Assembly (NCBI GenBank): GCA_027491415.1
Contig: JAOZFH010000015.1
Span: 1-13,792 of the forward strand
Length of the DNA: 13,792 bases
Reading direction: 5' to 3'
Origin: Thermoproteota archaeon
GTDB taxonomy: Archaea; Korarchaeota; Korarchaeia; Korarchaeales; Korarchaeaceae
Under the pieces are notes generated by a model. It searched no databases and was not told the origin of the DNA. It was given only the letters and a program-made list of their open reading frames with translations. Positions within the stretch are counted from its first letter, which is position 1; each line of letters opens with the position of its first letter. This document shows, in pieces, positions 6,953-13,231 of this stretch. Made by a program: the position numbers and the translations under genes.

Positions 6953-8377
6953 TCACGATAACTCCTCTAGGATCCCCCTAACTCTCTCGAGTTTCTCGGA
7001 GAGGAGCTGAATTTCGCTATGAAGCCTTCTACTCTCGAACCACTTCCTCAGCGCGCCTAGGGCGCCCCTGCTCGACTCCTCGAGAAACCTCAGCCTCAGC
7101 TGCCTGTCCTGGAGAGCGGCCTCTATTATCAGCTCAGAGATCCTGGCCTCCCTCCTGAACGGTTCGATCCTCCTCTCAACCTCGCTGAGCGCCTCCTCGT
7201 ACTCCTCCCTCAGGAACTCGTAGACCTCCTCGCGCATCTCCCCCCTGGACTCCTCGAGGAGTTCGAGCATCCTCCTGAGTTCGTTCCTCCTCTTCACGAG
7301 TTCCGCCAGCTCCTCCGACTCGAGTCTGTCGCTGGGCATCTCCCAGGCCGCCTCCAGGCCCGGCCTGCGCTTGGCGGCCTCCCCGCCCCCCCTCCCCCTT
7401 GCCTTTCTGGCCTTCCCGGGCTCAAACCTCTCCCTCTCCCTAGGCTGACCCTTTCTCTGGGGCGCCGCTACCTCCCCACGCTCGGGCGCCGCCCGATCCT
7501 CCATCAGAGCCGAGACGTCGGACGTGATGTAGGAGACCACCTCCGCCAAGCTGGGAGGAGGCCTCGGCTTGACGAGCGGGGTGGTGCCCAGGTGGGCGGT
7601 CTTCACCGGGCCGACCTTCACGAACCCCGGCCTGTCGACGAAGGGCCCCTCGACGTAGGCCTCTCCGGGGTTCAGCTGCTTTATCCTCCTCGTGACCTCC
7701 CTGTCCAGCCCCAGGAACCTGCTGATTACGCCGACGTCCGCGTTGTACTCCACCCTCAGGACGATCTTGTTCTCTGCCTGGCTCAGGAGGGTCTTGGAGA
7801 CGAGCTGGGGCCTCTGGGTCGTGAAGAGTAGGCCCACACCTCTCTTCCTACCCCTGGTGGCGAGGGTGTTGACCCAGAGTTCGGTCTGAGAGGCGTACTT
7901 GCCGAGCTGGCTCTTTGCCCCCCTCTCGGGGGCGAGCTCCCTGGCCTCGTCGATCATGACGAGGAAGCCGCTCCCCCTCTGCTCCATGAGCTCCCTGATC
8001 AGGTCTGAGACGAGCCCAGCCGCAACGTCAGGCTTGGACACGTACATGGAGAGGTCGAGGACGAAGCTCACCCCTCTGACCGCGGCCTTGGCAAGCCTCT
8101 TGATCGAGCCCCCGCTCGCGAGGTCCACGTCCCCCTTGGGGGACACCACGAGCATCTCGTACTCGTCGGCCAAGCTGACGTGCTCGCCTTCCGGATCGAT
8201 TATCCCAAGTGGGTAGCCCGCGTCCAGGAGCTGCTCGGCTATCCTCCTGAGCGTCCACGACTTTCCGTAGCCGGTCTTGGCTATTACGGCTGTGCGGCCC
8301 GTCATGAGCTTAGATATCTTCAGCTCACACGGCTCCTCTGAATCGAGGTAGGCCCCCAGCTCTACAGTGTCAGACAT
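6953..8377 (-). CDS. HerA/FtsK-superfamily (DUF87-type) ATPase with C-terminal coiled coil
   Basis: TAVIAKTGYGKS (Walker A), IIDPEGEH, VMIDEARELAPE (Walker B), TRGRKRGVGLLFTTQRPQLVSKTLLSQ. No N-terminal HAS barrel. A low-complexity linker precedes about 120 aa of E/R/L-rich heptads. Confidence 0.9.
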   Translation of the reverse strand: MSDTVELGAYLDSEEPCELKISKLMTGRTAVIAKTGYGKSWTLRRIAEQLLDAGYPLGIIDPEGEHVSLADEYEMLVVSPKGDVDLASGGSIKRLAKAAVRGVSFVLDLSMYVSKPDVAAGLVSDLIRELMEQRGSGFLVMIDEARELAPERGAKSQLGKYASQTELWVNTLATRGRKRGVGLLFTTQRPQLVSKTLLSQAENKIVLRVEYNADVGVISRFLGLDREVTRRIKQLNPGEAYVEGPFVDRPGFVKVGPVKTAHLGTTPLVKPRPPPSLAEVVSYITSDVSALMEDRAAPERGEVAAPQRKGQPRERERFEPGKARKARGRGGGEAAKRRPGLEAAWEMPSDRLESEELAELVKRRNELRRMLELLEESRGEMREEVYEFLREEYEEALSEVERRIEPFRREARISELIIEAALQDRQLRLRFLEESSRGALGALRKWFESRRLHSEIQLLSEKLERVRGILEELS

Positions 8378-8403
8378 CGCCCTGTGAACGTTCTAGAGGG
8401 GCA

Positions 8404-8412
8404 GAGTTTAAC
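8404..8412 (-). promoter_or_regulatory. TATA-like box of the HerA-like gene
   Basis: GTTAAACTC on - about 30 nt before ATG 8377, in an otherwise GC-rich context. Confidence 0.5.
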
Positions 8413-8415
8413 GGG

Positions 8416-8439
8416 GCGCCGGCGGCGCGCCGCCGGCGC
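8416..8439. repeat. Perfect 24-bp pure-GC palindrome
   Basis: GCGCCGGCGGCGCGCCGCCGGCGC equals its own reverse complement. Confidence 0.95.
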
Positions 8440-8489
8440 GGGGACCTCACGCCGTCAAAGAAATCAGGCGTCGACAGAGGAGAGAGGGC

Positions 8490-8648
8490 CTAGCTGCGGC
8501 CCCGACGGTGTCTAAACATCCTCCGGAGCCGCTCGCCGAGCCCAACGCGCTCGACCGCAGCGGGCTCGCCGTGGCCGAGGCCGCGCGGCCCCGCCCCGAG
8601 CATGGCTCTCCTTCTGTTCATCCGCATGTGCCTCCTTCCTCCTCTCAT
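8490..8648 (-). CDS. Small Arg/Gly-rich basic protein (52 aa)
   Basis: MRGGRRHMRMNRRRAMLGAGPRGLGHGEPAAVERVGLGERLRRMFRHRRGRS*. Strong SD AGGTGAGGT just before the ATG, AT-rich region upstream, and T-rich ATTTCTTT downstream. Confidence 0.6.
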   Translation of the reverse strand: MRGGRRHMRMNRRRAMLGAGPRGLGHGEPAAVERVGLGERLRRMFRHRRGRS

Positions 8649-8715
8649 CTACCTCACCTGAGATGCTGAGGAGGTTTGAGGCAATTTAGCGTCCCGGACA
8701 ATTTGTTCTATGCGG

Positions 8716-8758
8716 GAGAAAAATTTAGAGCCTTTTTTCTCGACTGGATACATTATCC
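8716..8758. promoter_or_regulatory. Inverted repeats in the AT-rich nadE-to-small-ORF spacer (nadE terminator and/or operator)
   Basis: GAGAAAAA-N10-TTTTTCTC (8716-8741) and GGATA-cat-TATCC (8746-8758). On - the oligo-T lies about 55 nt after the nadE stop. Confidence 0.45.
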
Positions 8759-8777
8759 CTTGAATCCTGAGATCTAA

Positions 8778-9584
8778 CTACGGCTTGAGATGCCTCACTA
8801 CTGGGAAGGGCGGCGGGTTCCTCTTGTGCCAGCTCCTCTCCCTCAGCTCTATGACCTTCCTGACGACGGCCTCGTCAACTCCGGTGGCCTCCGAGATCTC
8901 CTTGGGCTCCATGTTAAGGTCTAGCAGCGCGTGGAGCACCAGGTCCACCTGCTCGTAGCTCAAGCCGAGTTCACCCTCTGCTGTCTGTCCGGGCCAGAGC
9001 CTCGGAGAGCTCGGCTTAGAAGCTATCTCCTCAGGTATCTCAAGGTACCTGGCCAGCTCCCTCACCTGCGTCTTGAAGAGGTCCGCGATCGGCAGGAAGT
9101 CCGCGGCGCCGTCTCCGTGCTTGGTGAAGTACCCGATCTCGATCTCGCTCCTGTCTCCCGTCCACGCGACCAGCAGGTTCCGGGAGTTCGCCAGGTAGTA
9201 GAGGATGGTCATTCTGACCCTGGGCCTTACGTTGGCCCTGCTTATCCTGTCCCCCGGCGGCAGGAACCTCTCGAACTCGCCCACTATGGGAGTTATGTCC
9301 ACCCACTCCACGTTGAGCCCCAAGGCCTCCGCGAGGACCGCCGCGTCCTCAATGTCCTCTCTCGGGGTCACTCCCTCCTCTGGCATTATCACGGCAGTCA
9401 CGGCCTCGCTCCCCAGCCCCCTGGCGAGGAGGGCCGCCGTGAGCGCGGAGTCAACCCCCCCGCTGAGCCCCACGACCGCGCCCTCGGCCCCCGCGGACTC
9501 CACCATCCTCCCGCAGAACGAGGATATCTCGTCCGCGACCTCTTGCCACCTGAGCTCGAGGTCGGCCAGGGTTACCCGCGGCAT
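8778..9584 (-). CDS. nadE: NH3-dependent NAD+ synthetase
   Basis: VVGLSGGVDS, ANVRPRVRMTILYY, GYFTKHGDGAADFLPIADLFKTQVRELA, KPSSPRLWPGQTAEGELG, HKR. No glutaminase domain. Start at ATG 9584. Confidence 0.97.
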   Translation of the reverse strand: MPRVTLADLELRWQEVADEISSFCGRMVESAGAEGAVVGLSGGVDSALTAALLARGLGSEAVTAVIMPEEGVTPREDIEDAAVLAEALGLNVEWVDITPIVGEFERFLPPGDRISRANVRPRVRMTILYYLANSRNLLVAWTGDRSEIEIGYFTKHGDGAADFLPIADLFKTQVRELARYLEIPEEIASKPSSPRLWPGQTAEGELGLSYEQVDLVLHALLDLNMEPKEISEATGVDEAVVRKVIELRERSWHKRNPPPFPVVRHLKP

Positions 9585-9605
9585 CGGACCGCCCTCACGG
9601 GACAC

Positions 9606-9647
9606 AGTATTAACGCCACCGGAGCCGAGGGTTGGGAACGTTATATC
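9606..9647. promoter_or_regulatory. Back-to-back TATA boxes for nadE and pncB
   Basis: GTTAATACT on - (9614-9606, about 25 nt before ATG 9584) and GTTATATC on + (9640-9647, about 25 nt before ATG 9670). Confidence 0.6.
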
Positions 9648-9669
9648 GAACCCGGGAGCCGCGGCGGTG

Positions 9670-10899
9670 ATGGAGATGCCCGAACCAGAGGTTGACCGGG
9701 AGGGTAGGCCGTTCTACGTCGTGTCCGGTGAGGAGATCAAGGCCGGAAAGGTCGTGGACGTCTACTTCCTCAGGACGATGGAGACCCTCAGACACCTGGG
9801 CCTGGAGGACACCAGGGTGGTGGCCGAAATAGCGGCCAGGAGCCTCCCGAGGTCCAGGAGAGGCGGCAGGTTCGAGTGGGGCGTCTTGGCCGGAGTGGAG
9901 GAGGTCGTCAGGCTCTTGGAGGGCAGAAGGGTCGACCTCTACGCCCTGCCCGACGGCAGTGTCTTCGAGCCCGGCCTGCCCGTCATGAGGATTGAGGGGC
10001 CCTACTCCGAGTTCGGCCCGCTGGAGACGTCCCTCCTCGGCTTCCTCTGCTCCATGTCCGGCGTCGCAACGGCGGCGGCGCACGTGAAGGTCGCGGCCGG
10101 CGGGAAGCCGGTCGTCAACTTCGGCATAAGGAGGAACCACCCGGCCATCTCCCTCGCTATCGAGAGGGCCGGCCTGATCGGCGGCCTGGACGGCTCATCC
10201 GGCATACTGGTCGAGGAACTCGGCTTTAAGCCCGTCGGCACGATGCCGCACGCCCTCATCATAATAGCAGGCGACCAGGTGAGGGCCTGGAGGGCCTTCG
10301 ACGAGGCCGTGCCGGAGGACGTGCCCAGGATAGCCCTCGTCGACACGCTCTGCGACGAGAAGACTGAGGCGATCAAGGCCGCAGAGGCGCTCGGGGAGAG
10401 GCTTCACGGGGTCAGGCTGGACACGCCCTCCTCCAGGAGGGGGAGGATGGAGGAGATCGTGAGGGAGGTCCGCTGGGAGCTCGACCTCAGGGGCTACAAG
10501 CACGTCAAGATATTCGTGTCCGGCGGGCTGGACGAGGTCTCGGTTGAGAGCCTGTCGAGGGCGGGCGCCGACGCTTTCGGCGTCGGGAGCAGGATCTGCG
10601 GGGCCGACCCCGTGGACTTCGGCATGGACGTGGTCGAGGTGGAGGGGGAGCCCAGGGCCAAGAGGGGGATCAAGTCCGGGGCGAAGGACGTCTTCAGGTG
10701 CCCCAACTGCCTCAGGTACCTCGTTCTGCCAAAGGGCTCGGAGCCCCCGACCTGCCCGGAGTGCGGAGCTAGGGTCGAGCCGGCCTACGTGAAGTTCCTC
10801 GAGGGCGGGCGGTTGGTCGCCGACCTGCCAACGACCGCGGAGCTCCAGGAGAGGACCCTGTCTCAGCTAAGGAGTATGGGTCTGCTCCCCGAGGGCTAG
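9670..10899 (+). CDS. pncB: Nicotinate phosphoribosyltransferase (archaeal type, C-terminal Zn-knuckle)
   Basis: DVYFLRT, ETSLLGFL, FGIRRNHP, GTMPHALI, IALVDT, GVRLDTPSSRRG, IFVSGGLD, FGVGS, AKRG and CPNC...CPEC. Start ATG 9670 (or 9676 after GGTGA); the track's 9205 start overlaps nadE. Confidence 0.95.
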   Translation: MEMPEPEVDREGRPFYVVSGEEIKAGKVVDVYFLRTMETLRHLGLEDTRVVAEIAARSLPRSRRGGRFEWGVLAGVEEVVRLLEGRRVDLYALPDGSVFEPGLPVMRIEGPYSEFGPLETSLLGFLCSMSGVATAAAHVKVAAGGKPVVNFGIRRNHPAISLAIERAGLIGGLDGSSGILVEELGFKPVGTMPHALIIIAGDQVRAWRAFDEAVPEDVPRIALVDTLCDEKTEAIKAAEALGERLHGVRLDTPSSRRGRMEEIVREVRWELDLRGYKHVKIFVSGGLDEVSVESLSRAGADAFGVGSRICGADPVDFGMDVVEVEGEPRAKRGIKSGAKDVFRCPNCLRYLVLPKGSEPPTCPECGARVEPAYVKFLEGGRLVADLPTTAELQERTLSQLRSMGLLPEG

Positions 10900-10914
10900 C
10901 CGCTCGAAAAGCCG

Positions 10915-10929
10915 GGTCGGTCGCCGACC
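10915..10929 (+). terminator. Short hairpin after pncB
   Basis: GGTCGG-tcg-CCGACC about 15 nt after the stop; no oligo-T tail. Confidence 0.25.
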
Positions 10930-10956
10930 AGGGGGCTAGATCGGGCGTCCAGTGCG

Positions 10957-10963
10957 TTTAAAT
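10957..10963 (+). promoter_or_regulatory. TATA box
   Basis: TTTAAAT about 25 nt before ATG 10986; no SD, consistent with a leaderless mRNA. Confidence 0.65.
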
Positions 10964-10985
10964 CTGCAGAACGAGAGTTCGGCGT

Positions 10986-11747
10986 ATGAGCTACAAGGTC
11001 GACTCGTTCTACTACTACGTTCAAGATCTGAGCGAGTACTTCGAGAGCTTCGTCGAGAGGCTCATGACGCACCTCGCCATGGAGGGCACGGCCATATCAG
11101 ACAAGGAGATCTCCGAGGACTTCGCCCGGATGAGGGTCCGCTACATGGACGAGAGGGGCACGCTCGTGGCCGCCCCGGTCGACAGGGACATCAAGGTTGT
11201 CTACCAGGTCGAGGGAGGGGGTATAGTCAGGAAGTCCCTCTGGGGGGCGATAACAGGAGGCGGCCTGGCCAGCCTCGCGAGCGGCCTGCTTGGCGGCGAC
11301 GTGGACAGCATCAAGAGCGCCCTGACGGGGGCCGTCGTCGGAGGGGCCTACGGCCTCAAGGACGGGTTCGAGACCGCGATGGCCGATGCCACCGACTTCT
11401 CCAGACTCCTCGCCCGAGCGATTAGGAGCGTGGAGGAGGAGCTCAGGCAGATCCAGAGGGGTAAGGAGGCGGCCAAGGAGGCGAGGAGGAGGGAGGAGAG
11501 AGAGCTGAAGGAGCGCCTGGAGGAGGTCTACGCCGAGGCGGTGACGGTGGGCGAGGAGATAGACCTGCTCGACTCTGAGGGGAAGGACGTGGAGAGGGCC
11601 AGGGCCAGGTACGAGAAGGCCCTGGAGCTCCTGGATGAGGCCGACGACGCCCTGAAGAGGGGCAAGGAGATGCTGGCGAAGGCCAAGATAAGGTCGGCGG
11701 AGAGGATGGTCCAGCTGGCAAGGGAGGAGCTGGCCAAGGTCGGGTGA
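10986..11747 (+). CDS. Hypothetical protein: alpha/beta N-terminus, glycine-zipper hairpin, C-terminal coiled coil/helical bundle
   Basis: 253 aa with typical codon usage; LWGAITGGGLASLASGLLGG...LTGAVVGGAYGL followed by about 115 aa of E/K/R/A-rich helices. Confidence 0.85.
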   Translation: MSYKVDSFYYYVQDLSEYFESFVERLMTHLAMEGTAISDKEISEDFARMRVRYMDERGTLVAAPVDRDIKVVYQVEGGGIVRKSLWGAITGGGLASLASGLLGGDVDSIKSALTGAVVGGAYGLKDGFETAMADATDFSRLLARAIRSVEEELRQIQRGKEAAKEARRREERELKERLEEVYAEAVTVGEEIDLLDSEGKDVERARARYEKALELLDEADDALKRGKEMLAKAKIRSAERMVQLAREELAKVG

Positions 11748-11756
11748 GCCGGGAGT

Positions 11757-12212
11757 TCAGCCGAGAACCCTGGACGGCACCCCCTCGGCCTCCGCAGCCT
11801 CTGCAAGCCTGGAGTCCCCCGTGAGGAGCAGCTCCGCCCGCACGTGCTTTGCGGTGGAGATCTGGAGGGCGTCCGCGACGTACAGGTGCCGCCTCTCCAG
11901 TACCCTCCAGCTCTCCGCGAGCAGCGACGACTTGACCGGCACCAGGGACATAGCCCCGAGCCTCCACAACCTCAGGGTCTCTGAGAGAAAGCGGGAGCGG
12001 GCCGTCGAGTGGGCCGCGGCGTCGAGCCTCCCCCGCCTGAGGGCCCTGTCCAGCGCGCCCAGCACCTCTCCCACGTTCCAGAGGCTCATGGAGAGGGTGA
12101 TCTCGCCGGAGTACGCCCTAAGGTACGCCCTCCTCGCCTCCTCACTCCCCTCCTCCAGGACGTACCTCTTGAGGCAGGCGCTGCTATCCAGGTACAACAC
12201 TGGCCCTGGCAT
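11757..12212 (-). CDS. vapC: PIN-domain VapC toxin
   Basis: LYLDSSACLKRYVLEEGS, WNVGEV, LYVADALQISTA, LLTGDSRLAEAA; overlaps the antitoxin 3' end by 29 nt. Confidence 0.95.
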   Translation of the reverse strand: MPGPVLYLDSSACLKRYVLEEGSEEARRAYLRAYSGEITLSMSLWNVGEVLGALDRALRRGRLDAAAHSTARSRFLSETLRLWRLGAMSLVPVKSSLLAESWRVLERRHLYVADALQISTAKHVRAELLLTGDSRLAEAAEAEGVPSRVLG

Positions 12213-12456
12213 CCCTCATCTCCCTAACCAGCGGGCTCACCGGGGCCGAGGGCCTGACGGGCTCGAAGTCAACTTCATAGTCGATCTCACCGGCCAGGTC
12301 TATGAGGGCCCCCTCCAGGCCCATCGCAACCTCCTCCCTGAGTATCTCCTCCAGCAGCCGGCTGACCTCAACTCTCCTCATCCTAGCCGCGGCCTTGAAG
12401 GCCTCCCAGACCTCTCTATCCAAGTACACGCTGGTCCGTACCTTCCCCCCGCCCAT
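12184..12456 (-). CDS. vapB: Ribbon-helix-helix antitoxin (VapB-like)
   Basis: KVRTSVYLDREVWEAFKAAARMRRVEVSRLLEEILREE (RHH) and tail PVSPLVREMRDAR; directly upstream of vapC. ATG 12456 is preferred over 12474 from the TATA spacing. Confidence 0.85.
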   Translation of the reverse strand: MGGGKVRTSVYLDREVWEAFKAAARMRRVEVSRLLEEILREEVAMGLEGALIDLAGEIDYEVDFEPVRPSAPVSPLVREMRDARASVVPG

Positions 12457-12457
12457 C

Positions 12458-12494
12458 AGTAAGTTACTCGCCATACTACCATAATTAACTTACT
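12458..12494 (-). promoter_or_regulatory. vapBC promoter/operator
   Basis: Perfect 9-bp inverted repeat AGTAAGTTA-N19-TAACTTACT enclosing the direct repeat CCATA-cta-CCATA; TATA GTTAATTA on - at 12489-12482. Confidence 0.75.
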
Positions 12495-12585
12495 TCCCCT
12501 GAGTTAAGGGGGCCTAGGTGATCTCCCTAACTTCGCCGCCGAAAAATTGGGAGTGAAGGGGTACCGAGTCTGGCAGGAGTTTGAG

Positions 12586-12729
12586 CTACTCTCTCGGCTC
12601 AAATGCCTTTGCCGGGCAATTCTCGACGGGCATATCCGCTGGTACCACGTGCCCGAAGCAGTCCCCCCTCTCCTCGTCTATGGGCCTGTAGTGCTTGCAG
12701 TCCTTGCATGTGTACCTCCTCTCACTCAC
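12586..12729 (-). CDS. 47-aa four-cysteine mini-protein (BssC/TutF-like putative Fe-S or Zn binder)
   Basis: MSERRYTCKDCKHYRPIDEERGDCFGHVVPADMPVENCPAKAFEPRE*. GTG start 5 nt after the SD GGGGTGA; 8-nt overlap with the AbrB gene end. Cys spacing C-x2-C-x12-C-x13-C. Confidence 0.85.
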   Translation of the reverse strand: MSERRYTCKDCKHYRPIDEERGDCFGHVVPADMPVENCPAKAFEPRE

Positions 12730-12988
12730 CACTGTCACCCCTCAACCTCCTCAGCCTGAGGAAGAACTCCTCGTCTTCTTGGAGCCTGCTCATGAGCTCG
12801 TCCATCGCGTCCAGCTTTATCAGGACGAGGCCGGCGTCGTCCCTCCTCCTGAGAACCAGCAGCTGGTCTCCCTCCTTGATGTCGAGGTCCTCCCTGGCAG
12901 CCACCGGTATGGAGATCTGGCCCTTCGAACTCACCGTGACGACCCCGTACACGATCCTCCTCTTCGCGCACTCGCCCCTCTCTCCCAT
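12722..12988 (-). CDS. AbrB/MazE/SpoVT-family DNA-binding protein
   Basis: YGVVTVSSKGQISIPVAAREDLDIKEGDQLLV is a canonical AbrB swapped-hairpin motif. Confidence 0.93.
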   Translation of the reverse strand: MGERGECAKRRIVYGVVTVSSKGQISIPVAAREDLDIKEGDQLLVLRRRDDAGLVLIKLDAMDELMSRLQEDEEFFLRLRRLRGDSGE

Positions 12989-12996
12989 GAGCAGAC

Positions 12997-13037
12997 TCCA
13001 ACAAATCTTACTTTTCTTATATTTTAAGTTTGTCGGA
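12997..13037 (-). promoter_or_regulatory. AbrB-gene promoter/operator
   Basis: AT-rich. Imperfect inverted repeat TCCAACAAATCTTA / TAAGTTTGTCGGA, tandem TAAG-AAAAG-TAAG on -, and TATA TTAAAATA at 13027-13020. Confidence 0.65.
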
Positions 13038-13200
13038 ATCTCGACGGCCGCCTCGGCGGGTCTCCGGATCCCTCGGAGATGCGTCTGTGGGGCGCCTCAA
13101 AGTCCGACGCTTCGAATGAGTCTGTCTCCCTGACTACTTCAGCGGATCCACCTATCAACAATAAAGCGGAAAGGTAAAGTGGTCAGGTCAACTGTTGCGT

Positions 13201-13221
13201 CTGACCCCGCCCTGAAGGCGG
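13201..13221 (-). mobile_element. Possible decayed IS200/IS605- or IS607-type terminal hairpin
   Basis: Minus strand CCGCC-TTCAG-GGCGG-GGTCAG resembles the ...GCCCTTCAGGGCGGGG...GTCAG right ends I recall for archaeal tnpB elements; no tnpA or tnpB in the window. Confidence 0.35.
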
Positions 13222-13231
13222 TACCCAGAAG

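Noticed and set aside
8490-8648. Ribosomal protein L41e or L39e identity for the Arg-rich ORF
   Set aside because: Lacks the KWxKKR and W-containing signatures; only the composition is similar.
9205-9669. 155-aa N-terminal extension of pncB in the ORF track
   Set aside because: It is antisense to nadE and crosses the divergent promoter; family similarity begins after ATG 9670.
6953-10899. Sir2-HerA defence or NAD-reconstitution system inferred from HerA next to NAD genes
   Set aside because: No sirtuin or TIR gene; nadE and pncB look like ordinary housekeeping genes with their own promoters.
12547-13133. Plus-strand ORFs 12547-12759, 12603-13133 and 12695-13027
   Set aside because: Antisense to the AbrB and four-Cys genes, which have motifs and SD support.
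13025-13170. Possible toxin/HEPN remnant on - (EVVRETDSFEASDFEAPHRRISE)
   Set aside because: No convincing start or diagnostic motif; too weak to call by eye.
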